Origin: Hydrolagus colliei
Taxonomy: Eukaryota
Direction of reading: 5' to 3'
Assembly: GCA_035084275.1 (NCBI GenBank)
Contig: CM068751.1
Location: 8,742,001-8,806,000 of the forward strand
DNA length: 64,000 nucleotides
Positions 49,357-61,975 of this stretch are shown one piece after another. A program made the position numbers and the translations under genes. How positions within the stretch are numbered: position 1 is the first letter of the stretch; each line of letters starts with the position of its first letter. The notes beneath the pieces are model-generated. The model was not told the origin of the DNA. It saw nothing but the letters and a program-made list of their open reading frames with translations, and ran no database searches.

Positions 49357-49474
49357 CCTTCAGAGTGGAATGAATCTGCAGATCTGTTTCGTTAACGATA
49401 GCGGAAGTGACAAGGATAGTGATGCGGATGACAGCAAGACTGAGACTAGTTTGGACACTCCTTTGTCTCCGATG
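49357..49474 (+). CDS. SCHIP1: SCHIP1 exon (R)[39 protein letters not shown], phase 2-0
   Basis: Acceptor cccgttgcag|C CTT CAG; donor CCG ATG|gtaagt; 118 nt; completes the CG|C Arg codon. Confidence 0.97.
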
Positions 49475-50270
49475 GTAAGTATTGTAACCAGGTATTATAT
49501 AGGTTGACCGAAAGGTTGTTAAGCCATTACTATGTCTAATAAGTCTTAAAGAATTGATGATATTTTCGGGGAGGGGGTGGGTTGCTTTTAGAAAATAGGG
49601 TAGATATCACAACTTTTTGCTCACCGTATGTAACAAATGATTGTAAATGAAATCAAATAATGCAACATATTCGATTCCTACCTTTGGTAATATAACTGTT
49701 TCTAGTTAATAAGCGTTCAAATCACTTAATTAGTAACTTGTCATTGTTCTCAACCTTTCAAATCCTATCTAGTGACCTTTGTTGTCATATTTTGAAACAC
49801 CACCAGTGATTTATTCACAAGCAGCAATTCACATACAAAAAATAATCTGCGCTTGTTAAGAAAAAGCGCAAATGATCCATTCGCCTGTTAATAATTGATC
49901 CCAGTTCTCATTTGTCTCCATCAAATAGCAGCTGAATTGAAGTCATTGCACTTCACACAGTTTACCAAGAAAGCAATAGCAACTGGAAAATCTGGTGTGT
50001 CATTATTACAAGTACATTAGACAGATTCCTTTCGTTGTAATTCAGGCAGAATTAGATTTTGTTTGTTAAAGTGAAATAAGACACAGCTAACATTGCACCA
50101 AAAATGTTCACTGGAAAAATATTTTCGAAGGATTAACACTGCGGATATTTTATGGCAAATAAAGCAGCTACATTTTCCATAGCAATTAACATATTCTTAT
50201 GCAGTAGCTTCTTTGCATTTCACATTTGAAAAAACATTGTTTTTTGGTGGTGCGATTCCTGTTTTCTTAG

Positions 50271-50468
50271 AGCAAGCAAAGCTCGTCCTACTCCGACAGA
50301 GACACCACTGAGGAGGAATCCGAATCGCTTGACGACATGGATTTTCTTACGAGGCAGAAGAAGTTGCAGGCGGAAGCAAAGATGGCTCTCGCTATGGCAA
50401 AACCGATGGCCAAAATGCAGGTTGAAGTCGAGAAACAGAACAGAAAGAAATCGCCTGTGGCTGACCTC
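50271..50468 (+). CDS. SCHIP1: SCHIP1 exon [66 protein letters not shown], phase 0-0
   Basis: Acceptor cctgttttcttag|AGC AAG; donor GAC CTC|gtaagt; 198 nt. Confidence 0.97.
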
Positions 50469-50493
50469 GTAAGTATTGGTGGCTGCGTTACAT

Positions 50494-50807
50494 CCTCATC
50501 GCTCGTCTCGCAAGCGAAAGACCTGGGTTCGATTCCTTGCAGTTCAAGGCGAAACCTCTGACAAGTTTCCTTACTCCACACACACGCCTAACAATAATCC
50601 CTCAGAAAAATAAATGACCATAAAGTTGGTCATTTCAATTCATGACTGTTTGTGGGACACTGCTGTGGGCAAATGGCCGCCGCGTTTCGCCCACAAATGT
50701 ACAGTCAATTCACTTTACAGTATATTCTGTGAAGCTCTTTGAGACGTCTAGAAGACGTGAAAAGCGCTATATCAAATGCAAGGATTATTATTATTATTAT
50801 TATTATT
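50494..50807 (+). mobile_element. tRNA-derived SINE ~25 nt downstream of the donor at 50469
   Basis: Degraded head with intact body and tail. Confidence 0.88.
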
Positions 50808-53249
50808 TAAATGTTGCACAACAAATAGAGAAATTGTGGTTGTCTTTGTGGATCAGCAAATACACCAACACAAAGTAATGGTCTGAATGGCTTTGCTGCT
50901 ACGTCTCACTAGAGGTCTGTGGCTTCCTGACTTTCTGATTGTCCCATTCAGTAACCATATTTTCAAGCAAACTGCAATATTTTAATAACGAGTTCAATTT
51001 ACTTGTTACTTTCAGGCAAGTATTTCGGGTGTAAATGAAACGCATCATTCTGCCGAGGATATTTTGATACATGATCGCAGTAATATTCTTGCACATTGGA
51101 ATTTAGCCGAGTTTACGCAGTAAATATATTTAAATATAGATGCTACTGTGAAATGGGAACTATCAAACAAGATTGTAATAAATGACTAGAAGATACTTTA
51201 CCGTGTCTATGCGCGGTTAAATCCTTTCAACGTCTTGCCTGTTATATCAGAAGCCAGGGAAGGCCATTAAGTATTCGCATCGCTCCGAGCCTGCGAGTGA
51301 TTTCGACATAGGATTCTGCAGGTCATGTTCCAAAGTACCTAATAAGCACAGACTGATCTGGAGAATGTGATAGCCCGTTTGCACGTCAGATGCTAATTGA
51401 GTTTGGTGCTGCAATTAGAGAGCCATTCTGAATTAGGTTGGGACTTGTGAACTTTGCAAAGATGCCTGAATAGAATGCCTCCACTCTGCAGATTAAATTC
51501 TGCAACACATAGCACAGAAATTTATGGTTGTGCAAAGACCCCAGCACCAATTGAATTCATTTAGTTTCCTCAGTGCGTTGCGGCACGGTGGGCTTTACTT
51601 TAAACGGCTGCAATTTACTGCATCACCCACCAAGATTAATTGAAGCAGTTCTCCTTTCAATGAACAAATAAAGGTGTTTGGCCACTGCAAACCTGGATTA
51701 AATTGACAATCACCTGGTTCTAAAGAGAGAGTGGTTTTCACAATCAATTTGTTAACCATTTTTTAAAAAATCATTTAATGTGTTTAAAGGAATTGTATGG
51801 AGACTTATCGTGGCTAAAAAAAACATAGGATTGATTTAACCTTCCAACTCAAGGGATCTGAGAGAGATGGACAAACGTCCTTGCCGGATCCTTGCATCAA
51901 GCTTTGAGTTAATGTTCTTTGCTCCAAATTCCTCCTTCAGTTTAGGTGTCAAAAATGAGTTATTAACCCACAGTAAGCAAGTATTATTTTCAGAAATAGG
52001 ATGTGGATTGAGTCAGGGTCTGTCTGCCAGGTGCTGTAAACCAGCTGAAAGTTGAAAGGTTCAAGTGCCTGAGTTGTAATGACTGAAAGGTTTTGGTTTG
52101 GTGGGAAGAATTCTATCAGTGGAGAAACCAACTGAGTAAGTAATGATTATACAGTGGCCTGAACCACGGAAAGTGAAATACATATATAGCACAAAAAGCT
52201 TAAGTGGATAGGAAATTAGAGGGTGAATTGAATCGACGGCATGAAATAGTTTAAATGGCTTCCATTTTTGCATTATTCTGAATGTACTTTTACTGGAAGA
52301 CCATTGGAACAAGTTACTCCTTCGTAACTAGGATTAAAATGGATAACTAAAAATAAAGTGTTATTAAAATGTTTTGAGAATGCTAATCCTATTTCTAATT
52401 TAACTTGATAATATTAATTATCAATTGAAATCACCTGGGAAGTTCATTTGTGTACGGTAAATATTTGGGGGTAATTACAGTTATATAATAATAAGAAGAA
52501 AATAATAATCCTTGCATTTGATTTAACACTTTTCATGTCTTCTAGACGTCTCAAAACGCTTCACAGAATATACTGTAAAGTTAATTGACTGTATACTTGT
52601 GGGCGAATATCATTATATGCTTGTGGATTAGTCTCTGGTGTGGTTGAAATGAGGTTGAAGGGACTTAATTGACATCAACAAAATTATTTGAAATGTTCCA
52701 ATACAAGGCGGATCTGAGCACAAGCTTTAAAAAATAGATTTTGCTGTGCGCAATATGGCTGCCGCGTTTCATCCACAAATATACAATCAATTCAGTTTAA
52801 AGTATATTCTGTGAAGTGCTTTGAGATGCATTGAGACGTTTAGAAGATGTAAAAAGCGCTATATCAAATGCAATGATTATTAGTATTATTTCAGAATAAT
52901 AATTATTAATAAATTATTTAATTATTCTTCTTAATTAATTATTATTATTATTATTGCGTTTGATAAACCGCATTTCACATCCAGGACGTCCCAAAGTGCT
53001 TCACAGGATTTATTGTAAAGTGTAGTGACTGCACTTTGTAGGCAAGCCACTTTGTAGCCAATTTGTCCACAGGAAAGACCCAGTAACAGTCAAGAAGTCA
53101 GTAATCAGTTTTATCTGAAGGGTACTATTCTGTCAAATGATTGCAGTCAGAGTGACACAGGATTCCCTGAAGGAGGTGCAATTTTCCCCCAGAGATTTCC
53201 CAGTGTTACTTATGCTGCAGTTTCCCTTCACTGCTATCACCGGTAAAAT

Positions 53250-53500
53250 AACAACAACAAAGTTACATTTGTAAAGCGCTTTTCACATCGGGAGGATGTC
53301 CCGAGGCGCTGGACGATCAGTGCTTCGGACCTGAGCTGGGGACGGGATCAGGGAGGGTGGGGGGCATGTGGGTGGGGGTAAGGAAGGGTGACAGATGGCA
53401 CGGTCGAAGAGGAAGGTTGTCAGGCGGGACTTGAAGGAGGCTAGGGAGGGGCGAGGCGGAGGGGTGGCGGGGTGGAATTCCGAGAGTGGCACTAAATCCC
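53250..53500 (-). mobile_element. L2 LINE 3' fragment
   Basis: Minus strand encodes SLASFKSRLTTFLFDRA, followed by the L2 tail. Confidence 0.88.
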
Positions 53501-54469
53501 AAATGGAAGCCAACAGGAAGGGGCAATAATGAGATCCATCAACGACAAGTGGTGCACCAATAAGGCTAACGTTGCTTGATTTTTGTCACAGTGGATCGCT
53601 CAGTCGATTGCTCGTTTTCACCTTCAAACCTCATTCACGTCCTGTGGTTCTTGTCGTGTCTCATGGCTTATTGGCAAATGTTCTTCCCAGGTTATTTAAT
53701 AGGCAAAGTAAATGAAGGACAAAAGTGACACCAATGCTCCAGATGCTGGAGATTGTGCTTACGCAGTGATTCCTAAGTAGGTAAAAATCGCATGCAATTA
53801 TGTTGGATTTAAAGTGAGCAGAATCCCCAGTGATTTGCTGGTATCTTCCGCAGTATAGTCCGAGTCATTCGTATTTAAGACCCTCTGAGATCTCAGCAGT
53901 TTACATCGCTCCTTGTAAAATATCAAATTATCCCATTATATAAGAAGAATCCAGAAAAAGAGCAATTCTAGGAGTGGTCACTATCTGTACCATAGTCTTA
54001 CAAAAATGAACACAGAATTACTCTACATTACATAATACTGCATATTTAGTGACCCATATTTGTTCTACATGTTCACATGAAGTTTCTGTAAAGTTTGGCA
54101 AACATTTTTTTCACTAACTGGGACGCTGCTGTGCCGAATTGGCTGCTGCGTTTTGCCCACAAATATACAGTCAATTCACTTTACAGTATATTCTGTGAAG
54201 CGCTTTGAGACGTCTAGAAGACATGAAAAGTGCTATATCGAATGTAAGGATTATTATTATTAAAATAACTTAATGTTTGTTCCAGTAACAAATAATACTA
54301 ATAATTTGTTTTATTAATTCACGACTGTTTGTGGGACACTGCTGTGTGCAATTCACTGTTGCATTTTGGCCACACAATATACTGTCAATTCACTTTACAG
54401 TGAAGCGTTTTGAGATGTTTCGAAGGCATGGTAATGTGCTCTATCGAATGCAAGGATTACTATTATTTA

Positions 54470-54700
54470 TACAGCACTTTTCACGTCAGATGAACATCCC
54501 AAGGCACTGGACAGTCATGGGTTTGGGCCCAAGCTGAGGGCTTGGAATCCAGGGATGGAGGACAAGGGGGTGGGAAGATGACTGAAAGCACGGTTGAAGA
54601 GGAAGATCTTGACATGGGGCTTGAAGGAGCCAAGGGAAGGGGTGAGGTGGTGGGACTTGAGATAGAGTTCCAGAGGGTGGGGGCAAAGAGGCTGAAGAAT
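54470..54700 (-). mobile_element. L2 LINE 3' fragment
   Basis: Minus strand encodes FSLFAPTLWNSI, followed by the L2 3' UTR. Confidence 0.85.
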
Positions 54701-55084
54701 TGATGGTGGTACATTTCATTCACTCCACTTAAGATCTTTCTTTTATATATGGAAAAATATATATATTTTTAATTCTATAATTCATTCTTTGGAACGATTC
54801 TGTAGAAGCCTTGACTATCCATCACTGCCCAGCTGCCAGAGATAATGACATTCATGTGTGCATCTGTCAAATGTGACCTTTTCACAAATTCAAACCCAAG
54901 TCTGTGGATAGCGCTTGCTCAGAATAATTTATTCTTATATAGTTCAAGATGTCATACCTGCAGCATGTGAATTATAAGTTGGTGGAGAGCAAGGAAACTG
55001 TAATGATAGATATTTGTTGCTGCTTCACCCAGCAATCTGGTATTGTTGTTGTGCCTGTTACAGTATTTGGTTGCCTCCAAGAGT

Positions 55085-55263
55085 GGGAGCTGCGAACAGC
55101 AGTATCCCATAAACAGCGTGGATCGAGTGATCAAATTATTATTTTTTTTCGAAGGATTATTATCAGGTGTGTGGGTGCAGTAAGGAAACTTGCCTAAGGT
55201 TTTATCCTGCCGGGAATCAAACCCAGGTCTCTCACTTGGGGAGGCGCTGAGCTACGGGACTCC
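55085..55263 (-). mobile_element. tRNA-derived SINE 5' half
   Basis: Head, CORE-like part and start of the Deu-like part on the minus strand. Confidence 0.8.
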
Positions 55264-55280
55264 ACAATTAATTCATGGCG

Positions 55281-55308
55281 AATTAATTAATTAATTAATT
55301 AATTAATT
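55281..55308. repeat. (TTAA)n palindromic microsatellite
   Basis: Direct inspection. Confidence 0.95.
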
Positions 55309-55393
55309 GTTAATCTAATGGCTGTGGGGGGGGAAAAATGTTCGAGTCATTTCTGACATGTTCATGCTAAAAGTATGTTATGTTCTCTTGCAG

Positions 55394-55517
55394 TTGCCTC
55401 ACATGCCTCACATCAGTGAGAGCTTAATGAAGCGGAGTCTGAAACCCACTGACTTGAGAGATATGACTATCGGGCAGCTGCAAGTGATCGTCAATGATTT
55501 ACACTCCCAGATTGAGA
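55394..55517 (+). CDS. SCHIP1: SCHIP1 exon [41 protein letters not shown](S), phase 0-1, start of the C-terminal coiled coil
   Basis: Acceptor tgttctcttgcag|TTG CCT; donor GAG A|gtaagt; 124 nt. Confidence 0.97.
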
Positions 55518-55757
55518 GTAAGTGTTTTATCTTCAATTCTATTCTTTCTTTGGTGCCTGTAAACACATACACTTAATGAATTACTTACATGCAATATCCA
55601 CAGTGGATTACGAACATCTCCCTTTGAAAACAGTAAAGTTTTTTCCGATGGCAATAATTGTTCCTGCACGTGATTTGAGGCATTCAGTCATCATGGAATA
55701 GTTAAGGGTGGGTCATTTCACTTGTATGGGCCTGGGGTTAAATCCAAACATATGTTT

Positions 55758-56073
55758 GTCCTGTAGCGCTGTGCTTAGAGCACTCGCCTTACAAGCATGA
55801 GACCAGTGTTTCGAATCCAGGCAGGTCAAGACGAAACCTTGGGCAAGTTTCCTTACTCCACACTCCTAATAATAATCCCTCAAAAAACAAACTACAATAA
55901 TCGGTCATTTTCAATCCACGACTGTGTGCTGGATTGCTGTGCGCAATTGGCTGCCGCATTTCGCCCACAAATATACAGTCAATACACTTTACAATATATT
56001 CTGTGAAGCGCTTTGAGACATCTAGAAGACGTGAAAATTGGTATATCAAATGCAAGGATTATTATTTATTATT
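55758..56073 (+). mobile_element. tRNA-derived SINE
   Basis: Matches the consensus. Confidence 0.9.
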
Positions 56074-56075
56074 AA

Positions 56076-56211
56076 GGAGGTATTATGCGGGATTATGGGG
56101 AGAAAGCCGGGGAGTGGGATTGACTTTGAATGGCTCTTTTCAAAGAGCCGGCACTGACACGATGGGCCGAATGGCCTCCTTTCGTGCTGTAAAATTCAAT
56201 GATTCTATGAT
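56076..56211 (+). mobile_element. CR1-clade LINE 3' end
   Basis: gagccggcactgacacgatgggccgaatggcctcctttcgtgctgta followed by the CR1-type octamer-like tail ATTCAATG ATTCTATG. Confidence 0.8.
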
Positions 56212-57159
56212 CCTTCTTCAACTGTTGGCTGTAAGCGGGGTCAGCCCAGTTCCTAGGGAACAGTATTAGCAGAAAGTTACCTTAGTTTGGCAATAATTGC
56301 ACATCAACCTTACTCAGGTCACAGCCTGGCTGGTGTTGGAGGTGGAAACTCATTGAAGTGTTGCAGGAGATGTTTTGTCTGAGTTTGGTCTTGAGGTACA
56401 TTGATGTGACAAAGATTGGGGGCATTTTGCTTTGCAGCTAGCTACAGACTTGACCTAGACCTCTTTGATCCTGATATTGGTCCTTTTCGCTGTGAACCAT
56501 CCTTCCAGTTCAAAGAGCCCAAATTTCACCAGCGGCGAAATTCAGCCAGAAACACTGTGGTCAACCTGGGTAGTAAGAGTTGGCAAAATCTTTGAAAGAG
56601 AGGACCTGCCACAAACACATCTTGAAACATGTTCAAATCATTCCGATTTATGGGTAATTAGAGTTGAACCTCGGTGTAACAAGTGGTTACAAATCGTTAT
56701 TTTTACGACTTTGTTTTTTCTTCTCTCCTCCCCCCCCCCCCACCCCCCCCGCCCCCCGCCCCCCTTTGAACAGCAGGGGCCATAAAAATATAGCATGAAT
56801 TTAAGACTAATTGGGCCTACATGCTGCATGTCTACCTCAGCTGGAGCTGAACAGATCCAGCTGTTCATTTCAATGTGTTTTTTTATATGCCGATGCCACG
56901 ATACAACAGTCACTGCAAAGAAAATACAGTACATTTTTTATTTAGCACGGAAAATATACCAAAAAAAACATAGGCATTGAGCAATAAAGCCTTATCCAAA
57001 GATTCCTCCTTTCTATAGACGACACTGGTCGAGATGATCAATGAGACTCTTTATATGCAACACAGTAACTTCACTGTGGAAGCTTTTGTTCGCTAGGTGC
57101 CAGATAAGAGGTAGCAATCAATGAACCACATTAGTGCTGTGTTTACACCATATAGGTTT

Positions 57160-57670
57160 ACACCAAGCTCCGCGACCAAATAACTCCCTCCGCCCCTCCA
57201 TTGGCTCCCCATTTCCCCGGTAGATTGAATTCAAGATCCTTGTCCTCACTTTCAAGGCCATTCACGGCCTTGCCCCCTCCTATCTCTCTGACCTGCTGTC
57301 CCCCGATGAACCTGTGCCCATGCCTTCCGTTCAGTGGGCTCCGGTCTGCTCCATGTCCCCCGCCCGACCCACCCTACCTTCGTTGGACGGGCTTTCAAGC
57401 TCTCTGCCCCCACACTTTGGAACTCCATCCCACAGTCCCTTTATCTTGCTTCCTCCCTTGCCTCCTTCAAGACCGGACTCAAGACCCTCCTCTTCGATCA
57501 TGCCTTCTGCTGCCCTACCAACTCTCTCCCTTCCCTCCTCACCCTCTCCTGCGCCTCCCCCCCTACCCTGCCCTCTCGCTTACTTGGGTCCCAACCTGAC
57601 TGTTCAGTGCCTTGCAACGTCTTCCTGACATGAAAGGTGCTCTATAAAATAATTTTGTTGTTTTGTTGGT
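57160..57670 (+). mobile_element. L2 LINE 3' fragment
   Basis: Encodes GRAFKLSAPTLWNSIP...SFKTGLKTLLF; homologous to 36550-37087. Confidence 0.9.
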
Positions 57671-57953
57671 TTTGTTGCATAGATGGCGGCAGATTGCCTA
57701 ATTATTGGGAAGTCTTTTTTTGAAGAGCACTTTGCTTCTCCCAGCTTCTATCTCTCCCCCCCACACCACGGCCCAACTCTATCATAAAAAAATTATCCCT
57801 TGGACACTTCATTAAATCATCTCAAAACACCACCGACAGATCATTTTATTAATGTCAGTAAAACAGTGAACACAGCTCACTTATTTATTTAGGGGCCTCG
57901 ATTTTGACAGCCTCAATAAAATATTCCGTGGAGGAGCAGGAATATACTTTATT

Positions 57954-58230
57954 GAGTCCTGTAGCTTAACGGTTACAGCACTCATCTTGTGATGGGTTCG
58001 ATTCCCAGCAGGGTGAAACCTTGGGCAAGTCTCCTTACTCCATATGCTGACTAATAATCCCTCGAAAAAACATAGTTTGGTCACTCAATCCACGACTGTT
58101 TGTGGGACACACTGTTTGTGCCCAATGTGTGTGTTTCGTCAGTAGGTATACAGTCAATTCACTTTCCAGTATATTCGTATATTCTGTGAAGCGCTTTTGA
58201 GATGTCTAGACGTGAATTATTATAAATCAA
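57954..58230 (+). mobile_element. tRNA-derived SINE, diverged
   Basis: Matches the consensus with several deletions. Confidence 0.82.
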
Positions 58231-59821
58231 ACTTTCCACGTGCTATTGTTATACTGCAGAGAGAACTGGCACTTCACTCCCAGCAGTGTAAACACAACAC
58301 CAACCATTACAAAAACATTATTATCTGTAAAGTTTTACAGCGCTCAGTTTGCTAACCATGACCGTCATTTTGGTGGCCAGATCTATTGCTTTGTGTTATG
58401 TCTTCACTATTCTGTGGGGGATGGTGGTGGTGGTGGTGGTGGGGGGGGGGGGGGGGAAGGAAAGTTACATTGGAAATTGAAACGAAATATTATATAACGG
58501 CTGGCTGAGAAGCAGGGATTTACTTGCTGGGAACTCGAGATTTCAAAAAACTAACCGCTGTGTATAATGGCCTTGTGATGTTGTTGCAGTTTAGATTCCT
58601 GCTAGGAGTGTAATGGATTAGAACATGTGAAGTGCGCTTTCATCCTGTTGCCGTTCTTGTGTATAAGTAGATGTTTTCCATAAGGATACCACCTTCAGGG
58701 CGGCGTGTTGCTGGATGGAAACTTGGTGGAACTGCCCTTGCCAGTGAAATTCAACTAACACCAATCCTTCTGTTCTGTTTTACAATTGCGTGTTGGGGTC
58801 TGCGTACCTCATTCCTCCTTGCGACAGTAAACGATGTGAGACGCCTTTCATCTGTTGACTGAAACTGCCGAGTTTCGCAGGGAGTACAAACGTAGCATAA
58901 ATTGAAAGCCTATTTTGGAATATGAATGTTGTTCCGCTTGAATTGGAGCTGTCATGAAGCAGTGCAGGGAAAAAATATTTGCTTGATGTGTTTTACCATG
59001 AAAGCAGCTATGGACCTCTGCGAGGGAGTGTCACAAAGCCACAGCTTATTTTAGCAGTCAACCATCAGCTCTATGTGTGTGTGGGGAGCCCTTTGACACG
59101 GGAATGCAGAGTTCTCACAGCAACGGAAAGCCACATATGCAATATGTTGTTTTAACGTACGGTCACGACAATAAAACATGGGTCATTTTGAAGTTATATT
59201 TAGCTGCTTACGATTTATGAGTTAACCCTGCCTCGGGCACACAGTTCTCTCAGATGTAACCACCACCACCACCACCACAACAACAACAATAACAACAAAT
59301 TACACTTGTAAATCACTTTTCACATGGGGAGGACATCCAAAGATACTTAACAGGTCTTTACTGAATGTAAAACTCATATCTTTTGGAGATGCTATAAAAT
59401 CTACCTGTCGGTAATTGTTAATCAGCCCAAATAATCAGCATCGGAGGATCTTTGCTATCCCACTGAACGAGGTCTGGTAGTCCTGAGTGTCACCGTCCCC
59501 AGTAGCTGGTTTCAATGAGTAGATTTCAGTGTCCTAAAGTCAAGAGAGATACCGCATTACCTCGTTCGAAGAGAAAGGACAGGGTTAATCTTTACTTTTG
59601 CTGGGCGCAACATGTGTAACGTGCCAATTAGAGCTTAACATTAACCTACTGGGCAGGTTCAGAGAACGATTCAGTGAATGATTCAATAGGTCTTGTTAGA
59701 CACAGTGTGCCAACAGCAATGGGACACTATTGGTTTTGGCCAGATGGGGGCACTAGCAGAACATTTAAACAAGCTTGTTGAGAAATGTCTATGAATTCTG
59801 TTCAGTAAATGTAACTACAGT

Positions 59822-60305
59822 AACAACAACAACAACAACAATTTACATTTATAGAGCGCCTTTCACGTCGGGAGGACGTCCCAAGGCGCTGAACAGGAGG
59901 CGTGTGACCCGAGCTGGGAGGGGAGTGTTTGGGCCTCCGATGGTGGGGCGGTTCGGGCGGGGGGCTTAGAGCAGGCCAAGTCCTGTTGAACGGAGGGTCC
60001 GGGTGGGCGTGTAGATCGGTTAGGTAGGATGTGGCAAGGCCGTGTAAGGCCTTGTAGGTGAGGACGAGGATCTTAAACTCGATCCTCTGGAGGATGGGGA
60101 GCCAGTGGAGACGGGCGAGGGTGGGGTTTATGTGGTCGCGGAGGCGGGTGCGGGATAGTACACGGGCTGCAGAGTTTTGGATGGCCTGCAGCCTATGAAT
60201 GGAGGAACTGGGGAGGCCGACTAGGAGAGAATTTCCGTAATCCAGCCATGAGGTGATGTATGCGTGCACGAGTGTTTCGGCAGCGCGGGGGGTAAGATAG
60301 TTGCG
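59822..60305 (-). mobile_element. L2 LINE fragment with internal deletion
   Basis: ORF 59802..60269 (-) has HAYITSWLDYGNSLL...QNSAARVLSRTRLRDHINPTLARLHWLPI; intact tail stem-loop. Confidence 0.92.
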
Positions 60306-60494
60306 GAGTAATTATATTATCAAGTGGTTCTCGTTTATTTCCACGTCCCCTCTGCCCACACCCTTCCCTCCCGATCAAAGATTTCCTTTCCTGTGGACCA
60401 GTACATTTTTTAAAATATTTAAGGGCTCAAATTACTAGAAATCTATATTCCTTAGCTTTAAAAACATTTCTGTCGGTAGACAACAAAAGACATT

Positions 60495-61030
60495 GTGACT
60501 AGTTTTGGGCACCACATTTTAGGGAAATTTCTCAAAGCGCTTCACAGGATTTACTGTAGGTCTTGTGTATTTTGTAAGTGAACCCAGTAACCCAATTTGT
60601 GCAATATCAATTTGCAATATCAGGGAAGTTTAGAAGTTTTAGTTATGAGGAAAGGCTAGGAAAACTGGAGCTGTTTTCTCTAGATAAGGGAAGTCTAAAG
60701 GGACATCATATGATGAAATTACGAGGGTGTTTGATAAGGTGAATAGGGAAGAAAATGTTTCCACTGATAGTTGAGTCCATAACCAGAGGCAATGAATTGA
60801 AGATCATTATGACAACATAGAAGGGAGCGAGTGGGAGAATTGTATTAATCAGATGTTTTTTTTTAAATGATGTTTGAAGGAGAATCTGCAATCGCTTTTG
60901 AAGGGAAATGACTGTGCAAAATCTTTGAAACTGGAATTTCTGAAAGGTTACAGGGACAAGGGAATGACAGCTTTCATAGAAATTGCATAAACACCAGGGC
61001 CCAATGACGTGCTCAATTCCTGCACTCCTG
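60495..61030 (+). mobile_element. Highly decayed CR1 LINE ORF2 3' region
   Basis: ttttgggcaccacattttaggg, agttatgaggaaaggctaggaaaactggagctgttttctctag (SYEERLGKLELFSL) and aaccagaggcaat are CR1 ORF2 C-terminal motifs. Confidence 0.7.
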
Positions 61031-61214
61031 TTAGATAACTTAACAACTCTGAAAAGAAGTGATTGCATTTTCAACAGATTTATTTTCTGGTGGCAGAATC
61101 TCCAATTTGCACCTTCCATCTGTGCCACCTTGATCATTGCAGATGACCTCAGTTGTCATCCAGGGCCTCATTAGGGCGACTTATATGCGATTCTGAGCAA
61201 ACGTGGAGCTTTGT

Positions 61215-61540
61215 GGAGCTCCTGTAGCTCAGTGGATAAAGCACTCGCCTTACAAGCGTCAGACCTGTGTTCCAAGCCAGGCAGGTCAGGGTGAAACTTT
61301 GGACAAGTTTCCTTACTCCACATACACACACGCCTAATGATAATCCGTCCCAAAACACCCCACAATAATAAAAAAAATTGGTCATTTCAAACCATGACTG
61401 TTTGTGGGACACTGCTGTGCACAATTGGCTGCCGCTTTTACCCCAATTCACTTTACAGTATATTCTGTGAAGCGCTTTGAGAAATCTAGAAGATGTGACG
61501 AGCGCTATATCAAATCCAAGGATTATTATATTATTATTAA
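61215..61540 (+). mobile_element. tRNA-derived SINE
   Basis: Matches the consensus. Confidence 0.9.
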
Positions 61541-61975
61541 CATTATACTAATAACAATCCACACATTTGATATAGCGCCTTATCAGGTCTGCGAGACCAT
61601 CTAACAGATTATATTGTAAAGTAAATTGACTGTGTAGTTTATGCGATGGAAAGAAAGTGTGCAAATGAGTTGCTGAACAGCAGACACAAGACAGTTCACT
61701 TTTATAGCACGGTGCGAGCACCCGCCTTGGGTAGAACTTAAAACAAGGAACAGTAAATATAATGGAAAAAAATAGATAATGAGGCCAGGACACTTGATGC
61801 CATGATTGGAGGACCAGTAGGGTGGGTATTCTAGAAGCATAAGATCTTAACCAATCATGGGAGACATCACTGATAATACCACGGGTTTGCTCTCTGCGGC
61901 TAGCTAGGATTGTGATCCTGAGTTGTGTGTGGCTGGTTGAATTCACCACCATGGCAATGAGGATCTTGGGAATGT

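Larger units (their letters stand above)
8810..55517 (+). other. SCHIP1: SCHIP1 / IQCJ-SCHIP1 gene, partial (span of identified coding exons; continues 3' of the window)
   Basis: Spliced exons translate to DYREDGMDLGSD...MDWAALEKHLAGLQF...[62 protein letters not shown]...[41 protein letters not shown], recognised as vertebrate SCHIP1. The expected next exon (SLNEELVQLLL...) was not seen before 64000. Confidence 0.96.
55710..56305 (+). mobile_element. LF-SINE-like ancient element split by nested SINE and CR1 insertions
   Basis: 5' piece tttcacttgtatgggcctggggttaaatcca (~55716-55746). 3' pieces ctgttggctgt, tcagcccagttcctagggaacag and ttggcaataattgcac (56222-56302). Colinear with the recalled LF-SINE consensus. 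Confidence 0.45.

Noticed and set aside
55281-55308. (TTAA)n as a tandem branch-point array for exon 55394
   Set aside because: Closer canonical candidates exist (ttctgac at ~55351), and simple repeat expansion explains it.
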